Assembly: GCA_050251945.1 (NCBI GenBank)
Contig: JBFWLW010000006.1
Span: 32,001 to 96,000 of the forward strand
Length of the DNA: 64,000 nucleotides
Origin: Deferribacterales bacterium
GTDB lineage: Bacteria; Chrysiogenota; Deferribacteres; Deferribacterales; Geovibrionaceae
Direction: 5' to 3'
A program made the position numbers and the translations under genes. Within the stretch, counting starts at the first letter, position 1, and every line of letters starts with the position of its first letter. Positions 37,660 to 46,939 of the stretch are shown here, one piece after another. The notes beneath the pieces were generated by a model. That model did not search any database, was not told the DNA's origin, and saw only the letters and a list, made by a program, of their open reading frames with translations.

Positions 37660-38772
37660 ATGAAAAAAGTTCTCATAGCCGCATCTGTGCTTCTTCTAAG
37701 CATATCTGCATATGCAGAGGTGAAGATAGGTGCGCTGCTGGCTCTTACAGGTCCTATATCCAACATCGGCAAGCCTTCACAGGAGATACTGGAGGGCGTG
37801 ATAGCCGATGCCAACAAAGCGAACTTCATGGGCGAACCCATCACCCTTGCGGCATACGACACACAGGGGATGCCCGATAAAACAATGATGTTTGCCAAGA
37901 AATTAATAAACAAAGACAAGGTTGACGTTATAGTCGGTCCAACATCCACAGGCGAGGCAATGTCCGTTATCGGCACCATCATGGATGCCCGGACACCCAC
38001 AATGGGATTCGTCGGCGGCACGCCCCCTGTAGAACCTGTACGCCAGTACATGTTCAAGTCTCCCCAGAAAACATCCACAGCCGTTGAAAAAACTTTCGGC
38101 TACCTGAAAAAGAAGGGATGGACAAAGATAGGCGTTGTTGTGGACGCAACAGGTTTCGGTCAGGACGGACTTGACCAGATAAACAAATACGCCGCCGGAT
38201 TCACAATCACAGGCGTTGAAAAGTTCAACATGACAGACACCGACATGACGACCCAGATGAAAAAAATACTGGATACCAAACCTCAGGCGATTGTGGTGTG
38301 GACAGTGGGCAAAGCGGGTGCAGTAGCCGCGAAGAGCCTGCGCGCGCTGGATAATGACATCCCGCTGATCCAGTCACACGGCATAGCCGACTTCTCATAT
38401 ACAAAACTTGCAGGCGCTGCGGCGGAAGGTTCCATAATGCCGGCACTTAAGATAGTCGTCGCAAAACAGCTTCCCGCGAACGACCCCCAGAAAAAGGCAA
38501 TAGACCTTTTCAACAAACGCTACGGCAAACTGATAAATGAAACATCCGTACACGCAATTTACGCATACGACGGCATAAACCTGATGCTGAACGCTATGAA
38601 ACGTGCAAAAAACGAAAAGATAAGCATCGTTCAGGCGCTTGAGACAACAAAGAATTTTGCCGGAGCAACAGGCGTTTATAACATAACCAAAACAGACCAC
38701 TGCGGACTGGATATGTCCTCTCTGGTCATGGTCAGGGTTAAGAACGGTCAGTTTGTTCTTGAAGATATGTAA
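37660..38772 (+). CDS. ABC substrate-binding protein, tandem paralogue of 36389-37501
   Basis: Colinear similarity end to end (FKSPQ, DATGFGQDGLDQINKY, QSHGIAD, DHCGLD). Confidence 0.85.
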   Translation: MKKVLIAASVLLLSISAYAEVKIGALLALTGPISNIGKPSQEILEGVIADANKANFMGEPITLAAYDTQGMPDKTMMFAKKLINKDKVDVIVGPTSTGEAMSVIGTIMDARTPTMGFVGGTPPVEPVRQYMFKSPQKTSTAVEKTFGYLKKKGWTKIGVVVDATGFGQDGLDQINKYAAGFTITGVEKFNMTDTDMTTQMKKILDTKPQAIVVWTVGKAGAVAAKSLRALDNDIPLIQSHGIADFSYTKLAGAAAEGSIMPALKIVVAKQLPANDPQKKAIDLFNKRYGKLINETSVHAIYAYDGINLMLNAMKRAKNEKISIVQALETTKNFAGATGVYNITKTDHCGLDMSSLVMVRVKNGQFVLEDM

Positions 38773-38777
38773 AACTC

Positions 38778-38807
38778 AACGAGGGAGGCATTCGCCTCCC
38801 TTGTTTT
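38778..38807 (+). terminator. Intrinsic terminator-like hairpin after second SBP
   Basis: AACGAGGGAGGC-ATTC-GCCTCCCTTGTTTT. Confidence 0.6.
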
Positions 38808-38810
38808 AAG

Positions 38811-38900
38811 TCCCACTTTGTAAAAGGGGGATTTAGGGGGATTTTCTTTCCGGCTTTTCAATAACAAATCCACCCCGCCCCTCCTTTGTTAAAGGAGGGA
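38811..38900. repeat. Palindromic intergenic repeat family B, copy 3
   Basis: TCCCACTTTGTAAAAGGGGGATTTAGGGGGATTT...AAATCCACCCCGCCCCTCCTTTGTTAAAGGAGGG. Confidence 0.85.
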
Positions 38901-38978
38901 GAAAATCAGCTTTTTTCTTTAAATTCTTATTTCATTAGTGTACTATCTCATTCTGTCATTAATTTTACGGTGATTCAG

Positions 38979-40736
38979 ATGGTAAACGGTTTTTTTCTTG
39001 GCAACGAACTGATTGCTCTTGCCGCTGTTGATTCGGGAGTCAAAAGCGCATACGCCTATCCCGGAACCCCTTCAAGCGAGATACTCTCCGCTTTTTCAAA
39101 ATTTGCGCCCGAGCGCTATGCCCAGTGGTCGCTGAACGAAAAGATAGCTCTTGAGCTTGCCGCGGGCGAAGCGATATCCGGTTCATACACACTCTGCTGT
39201 ATGAAGATGGTGGGACTGAACGTAGCCGCCGACCCGCTTTTCAGCGTGGCATATACCGGCGTCGCAGGCGCGATGGTGCTTGTTTCGGCGGACGACCCCG
39301 GACCCTACAGCAGCCAGACGGAACAGGACAGCCGCATGTATGCCGTCAGTGCGAAGGTGCCGGTTCTCGACCCCTGCAACCCTCAGGATGCGTACCGCCT
39401 GACAAGGCTCGCATATCAGATATCCGAAAAATACCGTCTTCCTGTAATGGTCAGACCCGTTATGCGTGTCTGCCACTCACGCCAGAATTTTATGGCTGGC
39501 GACGTTTCAGAGCAGCAATCCCGTGAAACGGTTCTGCATGGAACGTTTCAGAAAGATACTCCGCGCTGGGCGGCGACACCGAAGTTCCGCCGCATCCTCC
39601 ACGAAAAGCTCAACAAAAACCTTGATCTGCTCGCCGCAGAGATGGCGCCGAAAATACCGGAAAAAAGATACGACATGGCAGTTGTCGCCTCAGGCTATGC
39701 ATACGCCATGGCGAAAGACGTTATAAATGAGATGAACCTTCCGTTCGACATGATAAAGGTCGACATGCCCTTCCCTCTGGACAAACAGTTTGTCATCGAG
39801 GCGGAGATGGTATACGACCGCATCGTCGTTCTTGAAGAGACCTTCCCCGTTATCGAGCATAACTTCACAATAAAAACCGAGGGCAGGCTCACCGGACTTG
39901 TCCCCTCCGAAGGGGAGCTTACTGCGGACATCATCGCCGACATCCTGTTCAAAACGGCAGGAATGACCCGCGAAGTTGCAAATACCGGAATAAGCACATC
40001 CGAAACACCTGTTCAGCTTAAGCCGCGCCTCTGCGCGGGATGCGGGCACAGACCCGCTTTCTATGCCATGAAGCTTGCCGCTCCGAAGGGCATCTTCCCC
40101 GGCGATATAGGCTGTTACACCCTTGGCGTTAATCTGAACGCTGTCGATACATGCATCTGCATGGGCGCTTCCATCACTTTCGCGGAAGCCATGAAGCGCT
40201 CCAACCCCGACAAACCCGTGATATGCACAATAGGCGATTCAACTTTCTTCCACACCGGCGTCACGGGACTTACAAACGCCGTGGTCAACAGCGCGCCCAT
40301 AGTCGTGGCGGTGCTGGATAATGAAACCACAGCAATGACAGGCTTTCAGCCCGTTCCCCACAAAACTGGCAAACTCACTATTGAGCTGGCTTGTCAGGGC
40401 GCAGGCGTCAGATACATAGTAAAAGTTGACCCTTATAACCTGAAAAAAGGCGTGGAGGCTCTCAAGCAGGCGCTTGCATACGCGCACACTGACAATTCCC
40501 CTGCGGTGGTGATATTCACCAAAGAATGTGTTACCAAAACGCGGTACAAGAATAAAAAAATTGTTGAAATAAGCGATGCCTGCACCGACTGCTCCATATG
40601 CTATGAGAAGTTCGAGTGTCCGGCAATTTACAGAGACAAAGCGAAGCGCATGGCAAAGATAGACGAAACCGCGTGCGTGGGGTGTATGGTCTGCATTCAG
40701 GTATGCCCGCAGAAGGCCATAGGGGTGAAGAAATGA
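38979..40736 (+). CDS. iorA: Indolepyruvate (aryl-pyruvate):ferredoxin oxidoreductase alpha subunit
   Basis: YPGTPSSEI, NEKIALE, K.VGLNVAADP, LCAGCGHR, GDIGCY, GDSTFFH..LDN (TPP), two C-terminal 4Fe-4S motifs. Confidence 0.93.
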   Translation: MVNGFFLGNELIALAAVDSGVKSAYAYPGTPSSEILSAFSKFAPERYAQWSLNEKIALELAAGEAISGSYTLCCMKMVGLNVAADPLFSVAYTGVAGAMVLVSADDPGPYSSQTEQDSRMYAVSAKVPVLDPCNPQDAYRLTRLAYQISEKYRLPVMVRPVMRVCHSRQNFMAGDVSEQQSRETVLHGTFQKDTPRWAATPKFRRILHEKLNKNLDLLAAEMAPKIPEKRYDMAVVASGYAYAMAKDVINEMNLPFDMIKVDMPFPLDKQFVIEAEMVYDRIVVLEETFPVIEHNFTIKTEGRLTGLVPSEGELTADIIADILFKTAGMTREVANTGISTSETPVQLKPRLCAGCGHRPAFYAMKLAAPKGIFPGDIGCYTLGVNLNAVDTCICMGASITFAEAMKRSNPDKPVICTIGDSTFFHTGVTGLTNAVVNSAPIVVAVLDNETTAMTGFQPVPHKTGKLTIELACQGAGVRYIVKVDPYNLKKGVEALKQALAYAHTDNSPAVVIFTKECVTKTRYKNKKIVEISDACTDCSICYEKFECPAIYRDKAKRMAKIDETACVGCMVCIQVCPQKAIGVKK

Positions 40737-41242
40737 TTCAGGGAATAATTTGCGGAAAAGGCGGACAGGGAGTCATAACCCTTAACGCCATGATAGGCAC
40801 TCTGGCTGCGAACATGGAAATACCCGCAGTATCGGCGGAAACCCACGGCATGGCTATGCGCGGCGGTTCCGTTGCAACGTACATCAAAATAGGCGAATGT
40901 CTCAGCGCCGCTGTTGCGGAAGGCTCTGCGGATTTCATCATCAGCCTCACCAAAGACGAAGCGCTCAGAAATATCAGCTTTATAAAAAAAGACGGGGTCA
41001 TCATCGTTGACACGGATGAACCCTTTGACATAAGCGGAGTGAAAATAATCTCTCTGCCGGCTTCCGACATAGCGGAGGAACAGTTCGGCGGCAGGATATA
41101 CGGCGGGCAGGTGCTTCTTGGCATATTTCTCGGCTGTTTTGACGGTATTGACACCGGAAAAGCACTTGAAATACTGAAAACTGCACCGAAAATAAGCATA
41201 CACGCCATAGAATACGGAGTCAGATATGCACAAACTCACTGA
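40733..41242 (+). CDS. iorB: Indolepyruvate oxidoreductase beta subunit
   Basis: GKGGQGV, ETHGMAMRGGSV; ATGA overlap with iorA. Confidence 0.9.
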   Translation: MIQGIICGKGGQGVITLNAMIGTLAANMEIPAVSAETHGMAMRGGSVATYIKIGECLSAAVAEGSADFIISLTKDEALRNISFIKKDGVIIVDTDEPFDISGVKIISLPASDIAEEQFGGRIYGGQVLLGIFLGCFDGIDTGKALEILKTAPKISIHAIEYGVRYAQTH

Positions 41243-42449
41243 CATACAGCTTTTAAAGCTGGGTACGACACTGCACCACATAAAAAAGGCAAACCCTTTC
41301 TATTTTCAAAGATACGAAACGGATAGAATCACCTCTTACGAAGACCTCACAAAAATGCCCTTTATAACAAAAGATATACTCCGTCAGGGATACCCCTTTG
41401 CATATGCGTGTGCAGACACAAAAAGCTGTGTGCGGATGCATATGTCAAGCGGCACCACAGGCAAACCCATCATAAACCCCATGACCGAAGGGGACGTCAA
41501 CCAGTGGGGCGAGATAATGGCGCGCTGTTACACCACGGCAGGTGTAACCGGCGAGGACACAGTTCAGATCACCCCGTCGTTCGGACTTTTTAACGGCGGT
41601 TTCGGTTTCCACTACGGCGCAGAGAGGCTGAAAAGCTTCATAATCCCCATGGGTGCAGGACGTTCACTGCTCCAGCTCCAGTTCATAAAAGACCTTGAAA
41701 CTACGTGCCTCTGCGCAATCGCTTCCTATCCTCTGAGGCTTATTGAAGTTGCCAAACAGGAAGGCTTTAGCTTTAGAGAGACGAAACTACGCGTGGGCAT
41801 CTTCGGTGCTGAAACGTGGACCGACGGCATACGCAGGCGTATCGAAAAAGAGATGGGTATCGAGACGTTCGACATCATAGGCATGACAGAGACAGGCGGC
41901 GTGGGGCTTGGCATAGACTGCAAAGACCACAGCGGAATACACGTCTGGGACGACCACTACATTGTCGAGATAGTCGATCCGGAAACAGGCGAGCCACTGC
42001 CCGACGGGGTGGAAGGCGAAATGGTGGTGACAACGCTCACCCGCGAAGGTCTGCCGCTGATACGCTACCGCACCCGCGACATCACAAAGGTTATAAGCCG
42101 CGAACCCTGTAAATGCGGACTTCATACGCTCAAGATAGCCAGACTGAAAGGCAGAACAGACGATATGCTCAAGGTGAAAGGCGTTAACTTCTACCCTGCA
42201 CAGATAGAATCCATCCTGATGGAGTTCACCGAAATAGGCGAAGAATACCGCATCATCCTTGACAAGAAGAAGGGTAAAGGGGACGTGACCCTTGCCGTTG
42301 AAACAGATACAATCACCGACGATGCAAAGGACAGACTTGACACGAAGCTTTACGATTTCCTCGGTTTCCGCGTGGATGTGCAGTATCTGAAACCGGGTAC
42401 TCTGGAGCGTTCCGCAGGAAAAGCCATCAGGGTTGTTGATAACAGATAG
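41226..42449 (+). CDS. paaK: Phenylacetate--CoA ligase family
   Basis: HMSSGTTGKP, GLFNGGFGFHYGAE, GAETW, GMTE, PLIRYRTRD, GRTDDM. Confidence 0.9.
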   Translation: MHKLTDIQLLKLGTTLHHIKKANPFYFQRYETDRITSYEDLTKMPFITKDILRQGYPFAYACADTKSCVRMHMSSGTTGKPIINPMTEGDVNQWGEIMARCYTTAGVTGEDTVQITPSFGLFNGGFGFHYGAERLKSFIIPMGAGRSLLQLQFIKDLETTCLCAIASYPLRLIEVAKQEGFSFRETKLRVGIFGAETWTDGIRRRIEKEMGIETFDIIGMTETGGVGLGIDCKDHSGIHVWDDHYIVEIVDPETGEPLPDGVEGEMVVTTLTREGLPLIRYRTRDITKVISREPCKCGLHTLKIARLKGRTDDMLKVKGVNFYPAQIESILMEFTEIGEEYRIILDKKKGKGDVTLAVETDTITDDAKDRLDTKLYDFLGFRVDVQYLKPGTLERSAGKAIRVVDNR

Positions 42450-43055
42450 CTATTTCGACGCTCTGGGCAGGTGATATCCGTAACGGAGCGTTATCATGCG
42501 TATCCCGAAAACCAGAAGTGCGCTTACGGTGGCGTTCATGGCAGGCGAAACGCCAGCATGGTGCAGAGCACAGTAAAGCGCGCCGCCCACTATACATGCC
42601 GACGCGTACACCTCGCGGGTAAGAACGAACGGGGTGGCGTTTATCAGCACGTCCCGTATCATCCCGCCCAGCGTTCCGGTCATCACACCGAATATCATAC
42701 TCCCCAAATATCCCACTCCGGCATGGAGAGCTATGTTGATTCCTATCACATTGAACACGCCGAGACCCAGCGCATCCATCCACACAAGCAGGTTATATGT
42801 CCGCTTGACGTGGCTGTGGAAAAGAAACACCACCAGCGCACCGGCAATGGACAGAAAAAGATAGTTCATATCGTTGAACAGGAACGGAGGCACACGGCCG
42901 AGCATCGTATCGCGGATGGTACCGCCGCCCACAGCCGTAACAATGGCGAGGAAGCTGACACCGTAAAGGTCAAGGTTTTTGCGGACTCCAGCAAGCGCGC
43001 CGCTGACAGCGAATGCGAAGGTGCCCAGAAGGTCGAGTGCATATAAAAGCGTCAT
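42450..43055 (-). CDS. Trimeric intracellular cation channel (UPF0126/YadS) family membrane protein
   Basis: GTFAFAVSGA, TAVGGGTIRD, DALGLG, GGMIRD, EVYA. Confidence 0.92.
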   Translation of the reverse strand: MTLLYALDLLGTFAFAVSGALAGVRKNLDLYGVSFLAIVTAVGGGTIRDTMLGRVPPFLFNDMNYLFLSIAGALVVFLFHSHVKRTYNLLVWMDALGLGVFNVIGINIALHAGVGYLGSMIFGVMTGTLGGMIRDVLINATPFVLTREVYASACIVGGALYCALHHAGVSPAMNATVSALLVFGIRMITLRYGYHLPRASK

Positions 43056-43798
43056 TCATGATCTCCGGTTGCCGCCGCCGTCACCATGTCGTTTCTGAAC
43101 ATACGGCAGGCGAGATATGAGGTCAGTATGTTGACCGCAAAGATCATATACATTACCACGAGCTGATATACAATAGCTTTCATAGGCGATACCCCCGCCA
43201 TTAAAAGTCCCGCCGCAAGCCCGGGAAGAAGCACCACGCCAAGTGATGCAATATTGTTCAGAACGGGAGTGACCCCGGCGCGCACTGCCGCCACAACAGA
43301 ATCCTTTGCAGCGATGTCCATATTAAGCCCCAGCGCCAGCATCCCCTGAATTGTCGGAATGTTAGCCCTGCACTCTGCGCGCAGTCTGTCCACGCTGATG
43401 CTGTGTGCGTTCATGCAGTTGCCGACCACCATGCCCGCGACAGGAAGAACGGCATTCATCTGGACAGGCACCGCCCCGCTCAGTATCACAGGCAGAAGCC
43501 CAAGCATTGAAGGAAGATAGATTGAAAGGAAACCGCGAACGATATGTCCGCCTTCGGTGTGCGATCTGCCCTTTGCGGTGTAGGCGGCGAACACGGACAT
43601 AAAAGCGGCGAAATATGTCACATGCCATACGTTTTCAAGCCTGAAAATATATTCAAGAACAAGCCCCATGATAAACATCTGAACAACGGAACGAACCGCC
43701 GCAAAACTTATGGATTTGTTCATATTCAGCCCCAAGCGGGACGAAGCAAATATCGTAAACAGAAAAAAAGCAATAATAGCTATGTATGAGCCTGTCAT
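43052..43798 (-). CDS. UPF0014 (FetB/YbbM-like) ABC permease
   Basis: RSVVQ, GMVVGNCMN, LALG, GVVLLPG, A..YQ. Confidence 0.88.
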   Translation of the reverse strand: MTGSYIAIIAFFLFTIFASSRLGLNMNKSISFAAVRSVVQMFIMGLVLEYIFRLENVWHVTYFAAFMSVFAAYTAKGRSHTEGGHIVRGFLSIYLPSMLGLLPVILSGAVPVQMNAVLPVAGMVVGNCMNAHSISVDRLRAECRANIPTIQGMLALGLNMDIAAKDSVVAAVRAGVTPVLNNIASLGVVLLPGLAAGLLMAGVSPMKAIVYQLVVMYMIFAVNILTSYLACRMFRNDMVTAAATGDHE

Positions 43799-43964
43799 AT
43801 TCCCTTCCGTTTGTTAAAAAAATTCACTTTCAGCAAATATCTAGTATTTAAATGTTTTTCAAAACTATGTATTGAAATACCTCGACATGTGTCTTATTAT
43901 TGTATCATATATAAACACAATATTTTGTGAATCCTTCTGATTCACACTGATTGAGGGCATTGTT

Positions 43965-46691
43965 ATGGAACCTCTTACTTCCGCAGCATCCCGAAAACAG
44001 AAACTTTTCGATGCCGCGATGATAATTTTTCTGTCTGCCGCCGGATACCTCGGAAACATTGTTAAATTCGAGATATTCTTTAACGTCGATTTCCTTTTCG
44101 GCAGTATAGCTGTCATGTACGCCATCAAACGCTACGGAAGGCTGGGCATAATTCCCGCCTTCATAGCATCGCTTTACACCTATACCCTCTGGAACCACCC
44201 GTATGCAATAATAATCTTCACAGCGGAGGCGGCTTTTGTGGCTTTCGCACGCAGACGGGAAGAGGACATCATAATACTTGACCTCATTTACTGGCTCACG
44301 CTTGGCGCAGGCATGGTATTCGTTTCATATCATTACATTATGGGGCTTCCGACCGAATCCGCCCAGATAGTCATCCTGAAACAGAGCATAAACGGGATAA
44401 CAAATACGCTCTGCGGCTCGCTCATATACCACGGTCTGAACTACTTTCGCAAGATATCCGGCTATAATTTCAGACGGATATCCTTCCGTCAGACGTTTTT
44501 CAAGATAATCATGCTTATCGCCGCAATACCTGCGCTTCTTTACGTTATCATAGGTGTGAAGATGCAGACGGTTTCTCTTGCAGAAGGACTTAAAGATAAT
44601 CTGAACACTATCTACAATACCGCCTCAATCTCTCTGGGGGCGCTCACAAACGACGTAAATAACAAGATCAATCTGATGGCTTCGCTTGAACAGGGACAGA
44701 AACCGCAGCACACTGAAGACCATATGAAAAGCATCCTGATGTCGTCCGACACATTAATGGGCGTGGGCTACGTTTCGCCTGATGCCACAGCAAGGGTTAT
44801 CTTCAGCAAGACAGACGGCAGGCTGACAGAACACAGAAATGTCGATTTGAATGAAAGAGTGATTTACAGACAGACCGCAAAGTCCGGCAATATAGTTTTT
44901 TCCGACCTTCTGCCCGGCAGAATTCAAAGCTCGCAGGGCAATATAATCCTTGCCGTAAAACCTTTATTTAACGGTAATAACGAACTCTCCGGCTATGTTC
45001 AGGGCAGTATAGATTTCAAAACAGCGGGAAGCCTCCTGCAGTCGGTTTCTAAGGATTCCGGTGTTCTGCTGACGCTTACAGACAGCCGCGGCAGAATAAT
45101 CATAAGTACCGATCCCCAAAAAGCAACAGGACAGAAACTCGGCTTTCCGCCCGGTTCATCCGCAGACGATTACGACAGGCGGGGGATTTTCCTCCTCACC
45201 TCCTGTCCGGCAGACAACATCTCCGTCATGACAAAATGGAAAACCGCCTCTTATATTAAGAAAGGAACGCTTGGCGGTTCGGGACTGACACTGACAGCTG
45301 TGGTTCCTCTTTCCGCGCACGTGAAACGCGCGAATGATATCGGATTCAGAGCGTTAAAAATAATCTATATAATGCTCATACTCTGTATTCTTGCCGCGCT
45401 GTTCATAAGCAGACAGGTAACATTCCATCTTGAAACCCTGCGCAAATGCTCCAGCGAGCTGCCTGAAATAGTCCATTCGGGCGGCAGGTTCTCAAGAATC
45501 AATTCTGTCTTTTCGGAAGTGTCAGAGCTTTCAGATAACTTTGTAAACATAGCCGCAATGCTCTCCGCAAAGTTCTCAGAACTTTCAAAACAAAAAGCGG
45601 AGCTGGCTCTGATACTCGACTCAATCCCTATGATCATTTTTATGAAGGACATCAACAACAGAATTCTGAGCGGGAACATGGAAGCGGCAAAAAAGATGGA
45701 TATTCCCTCAGAAGAGCTGGCAGGCAGAAACGTGAGCGACCTTTTTCCGGAACTGTCGGAGGATTTGTATGAGAACGACACAAAGGTTATTACGTCCAAA
45801 AAACCTTTGCTCGGCGTTATACAGAACTACAAACTCGAAGACAGAACCATTGTCGTCAAGACAGACAAAATACCAATACCCGACGAAAACGGGGATGTGT
45901 CGTATATACTGGTCATATCAAGAGACATAACGGATGAACTGAAGGCACAGGCAGATAAACAGCGTATGCTTGAGACCCTTTATCAGCAGTCAAAAATGGC
46001 GGAGATGGGCGCTATGACCGCCGCAATCGCCCACCAGTGGAAACAGCCGCTTAACACGATAGCGCTTCTGACCCAGATACTCAATTCCGACGCGCAGGAC
46101 AACAGCGCCACGAAGGAAAGCATTATCTCCTCCACCGACATGATAATGAAAAACGTGGAATTCATGGTGAACACAGCACATGATTTCACGGAATATTTCA
46201 AAACTACGAAAGAGAAACAGATGTTTCGCGCCTGTGAAACGATATCGGAAGTCTACAGCCTTGTTGAGCCGCAGTACCGCAAGTATAACATCACTGTCGA
46301 GGTTCACGAACACGAACATTTCCTCATATACGGACTGCGCAACGAGTTCAAACAGGTCTGCCTGAATATCCTGAACAACGCAAAAGACGCCTTGGTCGAA
46401 CGCAATGTCGACAACAAAAGAATAGACGTTTTCTATGAAAATGAAGAGAATTTCAGGAAGATAATCGTCACGGACAACGCAGGAGGCATAGACCCCTCGC
46501 TGCTGCCGGACAGAATTTTTGAGATATTCCAGAGTACAAAGGGAGAAAAAGGAACAGGATTAGGACTTTATATCTGCAAGTCTATAATAGATGAGCATAT
46601 GGGCGGAAAAATAACGGCTGAAAATACGGATCATGGAGCAAAATTCACCATATTTCTTCCAATGGATCAGACAATTACGAAGGAGAATTGA
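43965..46691 (+). CDS. Membrane sensor histidine kinase (multi-TM N-term, Cache-like, PAS, HisKA, HATPase)
   Basis: AIAHQWKQPLN, NILNNAKDA, DNAGGI, GTGLGLY. Confidence 0.92.
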   Translation: MEPLTSAASRKQKLFDAAMIIFLSAAGYLGNIVKFEIFFNVDFLFGSIAVMYAIKRYGRLGIIPAFIASLYTYTLWNHPYAIIIFTAEAAFVAFARRREEDIIILDLIYWLTLGAGMVFVSYHYIMGLPTESAQIVILKQSINGITNTLCGSLIYHGLNYFRKISGYNFRRISFRQTFFKIIMLIAAIPALLYVIIGVKMQTVSLAEGLKDNLNTIYNTASISLGALTNDVNNKINLMASLEQGQKPQHTEDHMKSILMSSDTLMGVGYVSPDATARVIFSKTDGRLTEHRNVDLNERVIYRQTAKSGNIVFSDLLPGRIQSSQGNIILAVKPLFNGNNELSGYVQGSIDFKTAGSLLQSVSKDSGVLLTLTDSRGRIIISTDPQKATGQKLGFPPGSSADDYDRRGIFLLTSCPADNISVMTKWKTASYIKKGTLGGSGLTLTAVVPLSAHVKRANDIGFRALKIIYIMLILCILAALFISRQVTFHLETLRKCSSELPEIVHSGGRFSRINSVFSEVSELSDNFVNIAAMLSAKFSELSKQKAELALILDSIPMIIFMKDINNRILSGNMEAAKKMDIPSEELAGRNVSDLFPELSEDLYENDTKVITSKKPLLGVIQNYKLEDRTIVVKTDKIPIPDENGDVSYILVISRDITDELKAQADKQRMLETLYQQSKMAEMGAMTAAIAHQWKQPLNTIALLTQILNSDAQDNSATKESIISSTDMIMKNVEFMVNTAHDFTEYFKTTKEKQMFRACETISEVYSLVEPQYRKYNITVEVHEHEHFLIYGLRNEFKQVCLNILNNAKDALVERNVDNKRIDVFYENEENFRKIIVTDNAGGIDPSLLPDRIFEIFQSTKGEKGTGLGLYICKSIIDEHMGGKITAENTDHGAKFTIFLPMDQTITKEN

Positions 46692-46754
46692 TATTTTATT
46701 ATTTGATAAATTGCGTACTATCTGCTATAGATGTTGTATCTTACTCTGTAAGAC

Positions 46755-46893
46755 CAGACTGATGACAAAGTTGAAAAAGACGAGATCGCTTCGTCGCTAC
46801 GCTTCTCGCGAAGACGTAAGATACTGTCATTGCGAGGAAGCCGCAGGCTGACGCGGCAATCTCATTGATTTTAACCAGTTTATCAACAACCTG
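46755..46893. mobile_element. MITE (139 bp), same ends as 18982/19142 copies, opposite orientation
   Basis: CAGACTGATGACAAAGT ... AGTTTATCAACAACCTG; flanked by 17-bp direct repeat ATCTTA(C/T)TCTGTAAGAC (46738-46754, 46894-46910); internal family A doublet 46782-46863. Confidence 0.85.
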
Positions 46894-46939
46894 ATCTTAT
46901 TCTGTAAGACTTATTTGATTTATTCATTGGGAGCACAAC

